Shown here one piece after another: positions 55,800-64,000 of a stretch of 64,000 bases of DNA. The DNA is taken from assembly GCA_963764665.1 (NCBI GenBank), contig CAVXTL010000016.1, positions 438-64,437 on the forward strand. The letters are read 5' to 3'. This stretch comes from an uncultured Thermoleophilaceae bacterium. Lineage in GTDB: Bacteria > Actinomycetota > Thermoleophilia > Solirubrobacterales > Thermoleophilaceae. The position numbers and the translations under genes are program-made. The notes beneath the pieces were generated by a model. That model did not search any database. It was not told the origin of the DNA and saw only the letters and a program-made list of their open reading frames with translations. The stretch's first letter is position 1; each line of letters begins with the position of its first letter.

Positions 55800-57064
55800 G
55801 CGCCTTCGACCAGACCCGGCCGCCGTCGCTCGACCTGATCGACGACTGCGTGCACTGCGGCTTCTGCCTGCCCACCTGCCCCACGTACCGGCTCTGGGGC
55901 GAGGAGATGGACTCTCCGCGCGGTCGCATCGTGCTGATGAAGCAGGGCCACGAGGAGATCTCCGCCCCGCTCGTGGAGCACATCGACAACTGCCTCGGGT
56001 GCATGGCGTGCGTGACCGCCTGCCCGTCGGGCGTGCAGTACGACAAGCTGATCGAGGACACGCGCGCCCAGGTGGAGCGGAACGCGAAGCGCTCTCCCCG
56101 CGAGCGCGCCTACCGCCGGCTCGTGTTCGCGCTCTTCACCCATCCCGGGCGGCTGCGGGTGGCGGCCCCCATGATCGCGCTGGCGCAGCGCCTCGGCCTC
56201 ACCAAGCTGGCCACCCGCCCGGCCGCACAGCGGCTCGCGCCGAAGCTCTCCACGCTGCTGGCGCTCTCACCCGACGCCTCGGCGCGGCGTGCGCTCACGC
56301 GGCTGCCGGAACGCTTCGAGGCGCGCGGCGAGCGGCGCGGCAGCGTGGCCCTGCTCCAGGGCTGCGTGCAGCGGGTGTTCTTCGCCCACGTGAACGAGGC
56401 CACGGCGCGCGTGCTCGCTGCCGAGGGCTTCGAGGTGCACGTGCCCCGGGCGCCGCGCTGCTGCGGCGCCCTGCAGCTGCACGCCGGCGACGGCCGGGCG
56501 CGCGGCCTCGCGAAGGCGACGATCGAGGCGCTCGAGGGGCACGACACGATCGTGGTCAACTCGGCGGGCTGCGGCTCGGCCATGAAGGACTACGGGCACG
56601 TGCTGCGCGACGACCCGGAATGGGCCGACCGTGCCGAGCGCTTCGCCGCCAAGGTCCGCGACGTGACCGAGCTGCTCGCGGAGCACGAGCCGCGCGCGCC
56701 GCGCGGCCCCCTCCCGATGCGGCTGGCCTACCACGACGCATGCCACCTGGCCCACGCACAGGGTGTGCGCGCGCAGCCCCGCCAGCTGCTCCGCGGCATC
56801 CCGGAGCTCGAGCTCGTGGAGCCCGGCGACTGGGAGATCTGCTGCGGCTCGGCGGGCGTGTACAACCTGCTCAAGCCCGAGCCCGCCGCGGAGCTCGGCC
56901 GCCTCAAGGCCGAGAGCGTGCTCGCCACCGACGCCGACGCCGTGGCCGCCGCCAACCCCGGCTGCGCGCTCCAGATCACGTCGCACACGGGCCGCCTCGG
57001 CCGGTCCCTGCCGGTGTTCCACCCGCTCGAGCTGCTGGCCCGCTCGATCGAGGCGGCCGAGTAG
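55796..57064 (+). CDS. glcF: Glycolate oxidase iron-sulfur subunit GlcF
   Basis: It has two 4Fe-4S motifs (CVHCGFCLPTCP and CLGCMACVTACP) and two CCG domains. The GTG start overlaps the glcE stop. Confidence 0.9.
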   Translation: MSAFDQTRPPSLDLIDDCVHCGFCLPTCPTYRLWGEEMDSPRGRIVLMKQGHEEISAPLVEHIDNCLGCMACVTACPSGVQYDKLIEDTRAQVERNAKRSPRERAYRRLVFALFTHPGRLRVAAPMIALAQRLGLTKLATRPAAQRLAPKLSTLLALSPDASARRALTRLPERFEARGERRGSVALLQGCVQRVFFAHVNEATARVLAAEGFEVHVPRAPRCCGALQLHAGDGRARGLAKATIEALEGHDTIVVNSAGCGSAMKDYGHVLRDDPEWADRAERFAAKVRDVTELLAEHEPRAPRGPLPMRLAYHDACHLAHAQGVRAQPRQLLRGIPELELVEPGDWEICCGSAGVYNLLKPEPAAELGRLKAESVLATDADAVAAANPGCALQITSHTGRLGRSLPVFHPLELLARSIEAAE

Positions 57065-57093
57065 CCGTGGGCGCTTCCGGGAAGGCTCGAGAC

Positions 57094-58680
57094 ATGATCG
57101 GAGCCACGGGAATCGACATCGCCGGACCGCCCCAGGAGCGTCAGGAGGAGGTGCTCACCGAGGGCGCGCTCTCGCTGCTGGCACGCCTCCACGGCGAGCT
57201 CGACGGCCGGCGCCGCGAGCTGCTCGAACGGCGTGTGGAGCGTCAGGCCGAGCTCGACGCGGGCGCAACGCTCGAGTTCGTGGCGGCGCCCGAGGACTTC
57301 ACGGTCGCGCCGGTGCCCGACGCGCTCCAGGACCGGCGCGTGGAGATCACCGGGCCCACCAGCCGCAAGATGGTCATCAACGCGCTCAACTCCGGAGCGC
57401 GCGGGTTCATGGCGGACTTCGAGGACGCCAACTCGCCCACCTGGAGCAACATGATCGAGGGTCAGGCCAACCTGGCCGACGCCGTGCGCGGAGAGATCGA
57501 GCACGAGGAGGGCGGCAAGCGTTACGACCTCGCGGACGATCCCGCCGTGCTGCTGGTGCGCCCGCGCGGCCTGCACCTGCCGGAGCGCCACCTCAGCGTC
57601 GACGAACAGCCGGTGGCCGGCTCATTCGCGGACTTCGCGCTGTTCGTGCACCGCAACGCGCACGAGCTGCTCGAGCGCGGCGCCGGGCCCTACCTCTACC
57701 TGCCGAAGCTCGAGTCGCATCTCGAGGCGCGGCTCTGGCGCGACGCCTTCCGCATCGCCGAGGAGGACCTCGATCTCGACCGCGGCACGATCAAGGCCAC
57801 CGTCCTCATCGAGACGATCCCGGCGGCCTTCGAGATGGACGCGATCCTCTATGAGCTGCGCGACCACGCCGCCGGGCTCAACGCCGGCCGCTGGGACTAC
57901 ATCTTCTCGGCCATCAAGCGCTTCCGAACGCGACCGGACTTCGTGCTCCCGGACCGGTCGCAGGTCACGATGACCGTGCCGTTCATGCGCGCCTACACCG
58001 AGCTGCTCGTGAAGACCTGCCATGCCCGCGGCGCCCACGCCATGGGCGGCATGTCGGCGGTGATTCCCAGCCGCAAGGACGAGGAGGCCAACAAGCGCGC
58101 CTTCGAGGCCGTGCGCACCGACAAGGAGCGCGAGGCCGGCGACGGCTTCGACGGCACGTGGGTGGCCCATCCCGACTCGGTGCCGGTGGCCACCGAGGCG
58201 TTCGACAACGTGCTCGGCGACCGCCCGAACCAGGTGGACCGCCGCCGCGACGAGGTCGATGTCGAGCCGAGCCGGCTGCTGGCCATGCCCGAGACCCCGG
58301 GCGAGGTCACCGAGGAGGGCCTGCGGTCGAACGTGAACGTGGGCATCCAGTACATCTCGTCGTGGCTGCGCGGCAACGGCGCGGCCGCGATCTACGGGTT
58401 GATGGAGGACGCCGCCACCGCGGAGATCGCGCGTGCGCAGGTGTGGCAGTGGATCCGCCACGACGTGGCGCTGAGCGACGGCCGCCGGATCACGCCCGAG
58501 CTGGTGCGCGAGCTGGAGACCGAGGAGCTCGAGAAGATCCGTGCCGAGATCGGCGACGACGACTGGTTCTACTCCGAAGGCCGTCCCGACCTGTCGCGCG
58601 AGCTGTTCGAGCTCGTGGCGCTGGGCGACGAGTTCGTCGAGTTCCTCACGCTGCCGGCCTACGAGCGGCTCGAGGACTAG
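57094..58680 (+). CDS. aceB: Malate synthase A
   Basis: 528 aa. It contains RRVEITGPTSRKMVINALNSGARGFMADFEDANSPTW, YLYLPKLESHLEARLW and DGTWVAHP. Confidence 0.92.
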   Translation: MIGATGIDIAGPPQERQEEVLTEGALSLLARLHGELDGRRRELLERRVERQAELDAGATLEFVAAPEDFTVAPVPDALQDRRVEITGPTSRKMVINALNSGARGFMADFEDANSPTWSNMIEGQANLADAVRGEIEHEEGGKRYDLADDPAVLLVRPRGLHLPERHLSVDEQPVAGSFADFALFVHRNAHELLERGAGPYLYLPKLESHLEARLWRDAFRIAEEDLDLDRGTIKATVLIETIPAAFEMDAILYELRDHAAGLNAGRWDYIFSAIKRFRTRPDFVLPDRSQVTMTVPFMRAYTELLVKTCHARGAHAMGGMSAVIPSRKDEEANKRAFEAVRTDKEREAGDGFDGTWVAHPDSVPVATEAFDNVLGDRPNQVDRRRDEVDVEPSRLLAMPETPGEVTEEGLRSNVNVGIQYISSWLRGNGAAAIYGLMEDAATAEIARAQVWQWIRHDVALSDGRRITPELVRELETEELEKIRAEIGDDDWFYSEGRPDLSRELFELVALGDEFVEFLTLPAYERLED

Positions 58681-58917
58681 GCCCCGCCGAGGGCCAAAGA
58701 GCCAAAGATCGTCCTTCCCGGGCGCATCGCGGCCGGCGATAGCGGGTACAGCCCAAGTGCAATGAATGCACGACTGACAGCCTCACAACGCATGGGTCTC
58801 GCACAGCACAGCGCTCGCGTAGCACGCGCCCGCGACCGTCCGCGGCTACGAGCGGTTCAGGTGGGCGCGCGCCATCGACCGGTACTCATCCGCACGCTCC
58901 GGTCTGCCCAGACGGCT

Positions 58918-58959
58918 TAGTGCGGAAGCAGCCGGCTCGGACCGGCTGCGCACCGATGG
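58918..58959 (-). repeat. REP-like hairpin repeat, copy D (inverted orientation)
   Basis: Its reverse complement reads ccatcggtgcGCAGCCGGtccgaGCCGGCTGCttccgcacta. It lies 8 nt downstream of the def stop, in the convergent spacer with aceB. Confidence 0.75.
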
Positions 58960-58966
58960 ACTTAGC

Positions 58967-59569
58967 TCAGGCCGCTTCGGCGTTGCGCTCCGCCTCGCGG
59001 AGCTCGCGCAGCGCCGTCTTGCGGCTCTCGCGTGAGGTGCGGTCCAGGATCAGCACGCCGTTCAGGTGGTCGATCTCGTGCTGGATCACACGCGCCTCGA
59101 GGCCTGAGGCCTCGACGATGCGCTCCTCCCCCGCCTCGTCCTGCGCCCGCACCCGCACATGGACCGCGCGGTCCACGTCGAGGGTCACGCCCGGGATCGA
59201 CAGGCACCCCTCGTCGAAGATCTCGGTGTCCTTGCTCTCCCACTCGATCTCGGGGTTGGCGAGCACGATCACCGGGGCGTCGGCGCCGACCGTGTACACC
59301 AGCAGCCGTTGCGAGATCCCGAGCTGTGGCGCCGCCAGGCCCATTCCGTAGGCGTCGCGCATGATGCCCACCATGCGCTCGACCTGGGCGCGCAGCGAGT
59401 CGTCGAAGCGGTCCACCGGCGTGGCCCGCGACTTGAGCACCGGGTCGCCGAGGCGGCGGATGAACGACATGGCGGCCGCTCGCCGAGCGGCCACCTCAGG
59501 GTCGAGGCGAGCCTCCTCCTGCTCGTCCTCGACGTCGTCGACCTCTGGCTGAACGACCTCCTCGGGCAC
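58967..59569 (-). CDS. def: Peptide deformylase
   Basis: The motifs are GLAAPQLG, EGCLSIPG and QHEIDHLNG. The long form starts at the GTG at 59569 with an acidic extension. The alternative ATG at 59470 (MSFIRRLGDPVL) gives a canonical length. Confidence 0.9.
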   Translation of the reverse strand: MPEEVVQPEVDDVEDEQEEARLDPEVAARRAAAMSFIRRLGDPVLKSRATPVDRFDDSLRAQVERMVGIMRDAYGMGLAAPQLGISQRLLVYTVGADAPVIVLANPEIEWESKDTEIFDEGCLSIPGVTLDVDRAVHVRVRAQDEAGEERIVEASGLEARVIQHEIDHLNGVLILDRTSRESRKTALRELREAERNAEAA

Positions 59570-59606
59570 GGCGTCGAGTTTATCGCCGCGCGCCAGCCCC
59601 GCTACT

Positions 59607-59650
59607 CCATCGGTGCGCGGCCGGCCGAGCCGGCTGCTTCCGCACTACTG
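59607..59650 (+). repeat. REP-like hairpin repeat, copy E
   Basis: Sequence ccatcggtgcGCGGCCGGCcgaGCCGGCTGCttccgcactactg. The stem has one G-U pair. The CTA at 59645-59647 is the priA TAG stop. Confidence 0.8.
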
Positions 59651-61819
59651 CGGATCCACGTCCACGGCGAAGGAGACCTCGCCGTGCTCCCTGAGAGCGG
59701 CCACCTCGTCCACCGCGGCGCGGACCGCGTCGATCGCCGGCATGCGCTCGCGCGAGCGCACCACGAGCTGGGCGCGGTGGCGCCCGCGCCGGCGGAACAG
59801 CGGCGCCGGCCCCAGCACCGGCACCCCGGCGGCCTCCACGAGCTCGCGCACCGCGTCGGCGGCGGCCAGCTCGGGGCCGGGCTCCACCGACGAGCACACG
59901 GAGCGCACCAGATGCCCGAACGGCGGGTAGCCGAACGCCTCGCGGCGCTCGAGCTCGCCCGCCACGAAGCCGTCCGCGTCGTGCTCGGCCGCGTGGCGCA
60001 GGGCCCGCGCGGACGGGTCCAGCGCCTGGACGATCACCCCGCCGCCGCGCTCCCCCCGACCACTGCGGCCGGCCAGCTGCGCCACAAGGGCGAAGGTGCG
60101 CTCCTCGGCGCGGAAGTCGGGAAAGCGGAGAGTCGAGTCCGCGTCGAGCACGACCGCCAGCGTGACCGCCGGGAAGTCGTGGCCCTTGGCCACCATCTGG
60201 GTGCCCACGAGCACCCCGGCGGGCGCGGCGTCGAAGCTGCGCAGGACGGCGCCGCTGTGGCCGGCGGCCGTCACGTCGGCGTCCAGCCTGAAGACGGGCA
60301 GCGGATGCACCAGCGCCTCCAGCTCGCGCTCGAGCTGCTCCGTGCCCGCGCCGTGGCGCGCCACCGAGGTCGAGCCGCACTCGGCGCAGGCCGGCGGCAC
60401 GGGCTCGCGGTGGCCGCAGTGATGGCAGGCCATCTCGTCCGCTGCGCGGTGGAGCACGAGCGTCACGTCGCAGTCCGGGCACTCCCAGACATGGCCGCAG
60501 ACGCGGCACGAGAGGAAGTTCGACCACCCGCGCCTGTTCAGCAGCACGATCGCCTTCTCGCCGCGGCGGCGTACGCCGTCGAGCGCGGTGCGCGTGCGCT
60601 CGTGGAGCGCCCCCGGCACGCCGAGCATGCCCACGAGCTCCACCGGCGGCAGCCGGCGGCGGTCGAACCTCGTGCCGAGCCGCAGGCGGTCGTAGCGCAC
60701 AATGCTCTCCGGGCGCGGCGTGGCGCTGCCGGCGAGCAGCACGGCGCCCTCCTCGCTCGCGCGCCGCTCGGCCACCACGCGCGCGTCATAGCGCGGGTCG
60801 CCCTCCTGTTTGTACGAGGAATCGTGCTCCTCGTCGATGACGATCAGGCCGAGATCGTCGAAGGGAGCGAAGACGGCTGAGCGCGGGCCTACGCACACGC
60901 GCGCCTCGCCGCTGCGCATGCGCCGCCACTCGTCGTAGCGCTCGCGCGCCGCCAGGCGCGAGTGCACCACCGCCACCAGGTCCCCGAAGCGCTCGACGAA
61001 GCGCCCCGCCGTCTGCGGCGTGAGCGCGATCTCGGGAACGAGGACGATGGCGGACCGGCCGCGCTCGAGCGCGGCGGCCACCGCCCGCAGGTACACCTCC
61101 GTCTTGCCGCTGCCGGTGACCCCGTGGAGCAGCAGCGGGCGGCCCGGGCGCTCGGCTTCCATTCGCGCCTCGATCGCCGCCAGCGCCTCGCTCTGGTCCG
61201 CGGTCGGCTGCGGCGCGGCGCCGGCGGCCGCCCCCACCTGCTCCAGCACCGGGCGCCGCGACGGGTCGGCCGCCTGGTCGAGCGTCACGAGGCCGCGGCG
61301 CTCGAGAGCACGGAGGGTGCCGTGCCCGCAGCCCACCTGGCGCGCGAGCGCCGCCACCGCGAGCGGGCCGGCCGACAGCGCCCTCAGGGCGGCCACCTGC
61401 CGCTCGCCGAGGCCGTCACCGCCCTCGGCCGCCGCGGCGCGGCCGGAGTCGGTCAGCGCGGCGTGCAGCGAGCTGCGTGCCTTCAGCGGCCGGCCGGCCC
61501 CCGTGCCAGTGCCCGGTGGAAGCACCAGCGCCAGGCCGCGGGCGGGCGCCGAGCAGTATTCGCGGGCCAGCCAGAGCCCCAGTCGCACGAGCGCGGGCGG
61601 GACATCGGCCTCCAGCGCCCGCAGCGGCTCCGCCAGCCGCTCCGGCGGCAGATCGCTCTCCTCCGCGAGGTCCACCACCACACCGAGCAGGCGCCGCGGC
61701 CCGAAGGGCACCACGAGCATGCTGCCCACGGAGACACCCGCCATGTCTCCCCCCAACCGGTAGTCGAAGGGACCGCGAAGCGAGCGGGCAGGGGTCAGCG
61801 GCTCGACCTTGGCGATCAC
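59645..61819 (-). CDS. priA: Primosomal protein N' (replication restart helicase PriA)
   Basis: 724 aa with a GTG start. It has Walker A (HGVTGSGKTEVY), DEEH, a Cys-rich zinc insertion (CRVCGHVWECPDCD...CHHCG...CAECG) and the helicase C motifs. Confidence 0.92.
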   Translation of the reverse strand: MIAKVEPLTPARSLRGPFDYRLGGDMAGVSVGSMLVVPFGPRRLLGVVVDLAEESDLPPERLAEPLRALEADVPPALVRLGLWLAREYCSAPARGLALVLPPGTGTGAGRPLKARSSLHAALTDSGRAAAAEGGDGLGERQVAALRALSAGPLAVAALARQVGCGHGTLRALERRGLVTLDQAADPSRRPVLEQVGAAAGAAPQPTADQSEALAAIEARMEAERPGRPLLLHGVTGSGKTEVYLRAVAAALERGRSAIVLVPEIALTPQTAGRFVERFGDLVAVVHSRLAARERYDEWRRMRSGEARVCVGPRSAVFAPFDDLGLIVIDEEHDSSYKQEGDPRYDARVVAERRASEEGAVLLAGSATPRPESIVRYDRLRLGTRFDRRRLPPVELVGMLGVPGALHERTRTALDGVRRRGEKAIVLLNRRGWSNFLSCRVCGHVWECPDCDVTLVLHRAADEMACHHCGHREPVPPACAECGSTSVARHGAGTEQLERELEALVHPLPVFRLDADVTAAGHSGAVLRSFDAAPAGVLVGTQMVAKGHDFPAVTLAVVLDADSTLRFPDFRAEERTFALVAQLAGRSGRGERGGGVIVQALDPSARALRHAAEHDADGFVAGELERREAFGYPPFGHLVRSVCSSVEPGPELAAADAVRELVEAAGVPVLGPAPLFRRRGRHRAQLVVRSRERMPAIDAVRAAVDEVAALREHGEVSFAVDVDPQ

Positions 61820-61882
61820 GCCCCGAACCTACGCGGCGGGCCGGACACCGGTCGGTTGGGCACCGATGGCATCGTTAGGGCC

Positions 61883-63013
61883 GTGGCAGAGGACTTCGAG
61901 GCGCTGGGGCTGCTCGACGACGTGCCGGGCGAGCGCGAGCGGGAGGCGCGCCTGACGCTGTTGCGGGAGCTGCGCGAGGCCGGCGTGCCCGATGACGAGC
62001 TGCGCCGCGCCGTGGCCCTCAACCAGCTCGTGCTGCTGCCGGTGGAGCTGGCGCTCTCCGAGGGGAGCGAGCGCTTCACGCTGGAGGAGGTGTCGGAGCG
62101 CTCCGGCCTGGAGCTGGCCTTCCTCGAGCGGCTCAACCGGGCGCTGGGCGGGCCGCGCCCGGAGCCGGGCGCGCGCGTGTTCGACGGGAGCGACGTGCGC
62201 CAGGCAGCCAACGTGCGGCAGATCCGGGAGGCCGGCCTTCCGGACGACGGCATCCTCGAGATTGCCCGCGTGCTGGGCATGGGAGCGGCCAACCTCGCGG
62301 CCACGGTGGCCACCGTCTTCGGGTCTGCCTTTCTGCGGGCCGGCGACACCGAGTACGACCTCTCGGCCCGCTACGCCAGCGAGACCCACAAGCTGCTGCC
62401 CCTGCTGGAGCCGGGACTGGGTCATGCGCTGCGCCTGCACCTCCGCTCGGTCATGCGACAGGTGGCGGTGGGCGAGAGCGAGCGCGCCGCCGGCCGCCTG
62501 CCCGGATCGGCGGAGCTCACGGTGGCGTTCGCCGACCTCACCGGCTTCACCCGCCTCGGCGAGAGCGTGGAAGCCTCGGAGCTCGGGGCGCTGGCGGAGA
62601 GCTTCGCGGAGCTGGCCGCCGACCTTGCTGTGCCGCCGGTGCGGCTGGTCAAGACCGTCGGCGACGCCGTGATGCTGGTGTCACCCGACACCGACGCGCT
62701 GATCTCGATGCTGCTCGACCTCCACGACGCCACCGAGGCCGAGGACAGCGGCCTCCCTTCCATCCACGCCGGTGTGGCGCGCGGCCCGACCCTCGCACGG
62801 GGCGGAGACGTGTACGGCGCGGCGGTGAACAAGGCCAGCCGGATCGCCCAGTTCGCCCGGCCCGGCAGCATCCTGGCGGCGACCGAGGTGCGCGACGACG
62901 CCGAGGGCGACTACGCCTGGTCGTTCGCCGGTCGCCGCCGGCTCAAGGGCCTGACCGAGCCCCCGGCGCTGTTCCGGCTGCGCCGGCCGCCTGTCGAGGA
63001 GCCGGAGACCTAG
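61883..63013 (+). CDS. Class III adenylate/guanylate cyclase with an N-terminal regulatory domain
   Basis: The cyclase motifs are [25 protein letters not shown] and [14 protein letters not shown]. The start is the GTG at 61883 or the TTG at 61856. The upstream 300 codons of the track ORF are antisense to priA. Confidence 0.8.
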   Translation: MAEDFEALGLLDDVPGEREREARLTLLRELREAGVPDDELRRAVALNQLVLLPVELALSEGSERFTLEEVSERSGLELAFLERLNRALGGPRPEPGARVFDGSDVRQAANVRQIREAGLPDDGILEIARVLGMGAANLAATVATVFGSAFLRAGDTEYDLSARYASETHKLLPLLEPGLGHALRLHLRSVMRQVAVGESERAAGRLPGSAELTVAFADLTGFTRLGESVEASELGALAESFAELAADLAVPPVRLVKTVGDAVMLVSPDTDALISMLLDLHDATEAEDSGLPSIHAGVARGPTLARGGDVYGAAVNKASRIAQFARPGSILAATEVRDDAEGDYAWSFAGRRRLKGLTEPPALFRLRRPPVEEPET

Positions 63014-64000
63014 GCCGGAGCGCCTTCGCGCTCGCTCAGGCCGGCGGCCTGGCGCAGCGCGTCGACCTTGTCGGTCTTCTCCCAGGTGAAGTCGCTGTCC
63101 TCGCGGCCGAAGTGGCCGTAGGCGGCGGTCTTCTGGAAGATCGGCCGGTGCAGCTTCAGGTACTCGCGGAAGGCGCCCGGACGGAGGTCGAAGTGGTCGC
63201 GCACGAGCTTGGCGATCTCCGAGCGGGAGATCTTCTCGGTGCCGAACGTCTCGACCATCACCGACACCGGGTGGGCCACGCCGATCGCGTAGGCCACCTG
63301 CACCTCGCAGCGATCCGCCAGCCCGGCCGCCACCAGGTTCTTGGCCACGTAGCGGGCCGCGTAGGCCGCCGAGCGGTCCACCTTCGACGGGTCCTTGCCG
63401 GAGAAGGCGCCGCCGCCGTGGCGGGCCATGCCGCCGTAGGTGTCCACGATGATCTTCCGGCCGGTGAGGCCGCAGTCGCCCACGGGGCCGCCGATAACGA
63501 AGCGCCCGGTGGGGTTGACCATGAAGTTGCGCGTGGTGTTCAGCTTGCGCTCGTCGTAGAGCTCGGCGGGGAGCACCGGGTGCACCACGTGCTCCCAGAG
63601 GTCGGGCCGGATCAGCGTGTCGATGTCCACGCCGTCGCGATGCTGGGTCGAGATCAGGATCTTCTCGATCTCGATCGGCCGGCCGTTCTCGTAGCGGACC
63701 GTGACCTGCGTCTTGCCGTCGGGGCGCAGGTAGGGCACCACGTCGGCCTTGCGGATCTCGGCCAGGCGGTGGGCAAGCTTGTGCGCCAGCGCGATCGGCA
63801 GCGGCATGAGCTCGGGCGTCTCGCGGGTCGCGTACCCGAACATCATCCCCTGGTCGCCTGCGCCGGCCACGTCGAGCTGGTCCTCGTCGGCGGGGTCCGT
63901 GCGCGACTCGAGCGCCTTGTCCACGCCCTGGGCGATGTCCGGCGACTGCTTGTCGATCGCGTTGATAACCGCGGCGCTGTCGGCGGAGAAGCCGAGATCG
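63010..64000 (-). CDS. metK: S-adenosylmethionine synthetase (5' end beyond the window)
   Basis: It contains [33 protein letters not shown] and [19 protein letters not shown]. The reading frame continues to the window edge. Confidence 0.95.
   Translation of the reverse strand, partial: DLGFSADSAAVINAIDKQSPDIAQGVDKALESRTDPADEDQLDVAGAGDQGMMFGYATRETPELMPLPIALAHKLAHRLAEIRKADVVPYLRPDGKTQVTVRYENGRPIEIEKILISTQHRDGVDIDTLIRPDLWEHVVHPVLPAELYDERKLNTTRNFMVNPTGRFVIGGPVGDCGLTGRKIIVDTYGGMARHGGGAFSGKDPSKVDRSAAYAARYVAKNLVAAGLADRCEVQVAYAIGVAHPVSVMVETFGTEKISRSEIAKLVRDHFDLRPGAFREYLKLHRPIFQKTAAYGHFGREDSDFTWEKTDKVDALRQAAGLSEREGAPA

Noticed and set aside
51087-58966. The glc module as a mobile genetic element or genomic island
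   Set aside because: I could find no integrase, transposase, tRNA attachment site or flanking direct repeats. The composition looks similar to the flanks. I kept it only as a rearrangement or insertion hypothesis.
60962-61882. N-terminal extension of the cyclase ORF (track ORF 60962-63013)
   Set aside because: It is antisense to priA and low in complexity. The cyclase-related sequence starts only after 61856-61883.
1-64000. tRNA, rRNA, tmRNA, transposase, integrase, toxin-antitoxin or recognisable phage-defence genes
   Set aside because: Reading both strands, I found no T-loop/acceptor-like tRNA signatures, no rRNA-like stretches and no ORFs with transposase (DDE), recombinase, nuclease-ATPase defence or TA-type motifs. 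Their absence is by eye and not proven.

Overview
The window is a very GC-rich bacterial chromosomal segment. Its gene content and Firmicute-like core synteny fit a high-GC Gram-positive organism, possibly a deep-branching Actinomycetota lineage such as Thermoleophilia, but that taxon guess is inference only. About 58 protein genes are supported. I recognised no rRNA, tRNA, CRISPR array, transposase or integrase by eye.

Gene blocks:
(1) 1-14003, minus strand: a conserved housekeeping block with ftsY (apparently frameshifted), smc, rnc, acpP, plsX, rpmF, yceD, a glyoxalase, an LPXTG Pro/Thr-repeat surface protein, coaD, rsmD, recG, a DAK2 protein and rpmB.
(2) 14.1-20.3 kb: miscellaneous enzymes and transporters.
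(3) 20339-23820: the riboflavin operon ribD-ribE-ribBA-ribH, with no recognisable FMN riboswitch.
(4) 23.9-47.6 kb: a cell-envelope glycoconjugate island, the best candidate here for an undescribed system. It contains several GT-C (ArnT/PMT-like) membrane glycosyltransferases, a GtrB/DPM1-like GT2, an MprF-type flippase-like protein and a Wzx-like flippase. It also contains two alkaline-phosphatase-superfamily enzymes, two SAM methyltransferases, a secreted GH2 and a UGM-like flavoenzyme. An F420-type reductase and a sulfite-oxidase-family Mo enzyme lie in the same operon.
(5) 47.6-50.1 kb: a molybdopterin oxidoreductase and a small zinc-ribbon protein.
(6) 50.2-61.8 kb: the priA-def...fmt operon, split by an opposite-strand module lctP-glcDEF-malate synthase.
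(7) 61.9-64.0 kb: a class III nucleotide cyclase and metK (partial).

Non-genic structure includes a REP-like hairpin repeat family of at least five copies, one of which carries a compensatory stem mutation. There are also perfect 42-bp higher-order tandem repeats inside the LPXTG gene, three conspicuous palindromes in promoter regions, and a 20-nt motif shared by two distant leaders.

Many long ORFs in the six-frame track are antisense or shadow ORFs typical of high-GC DNA and were rejected.
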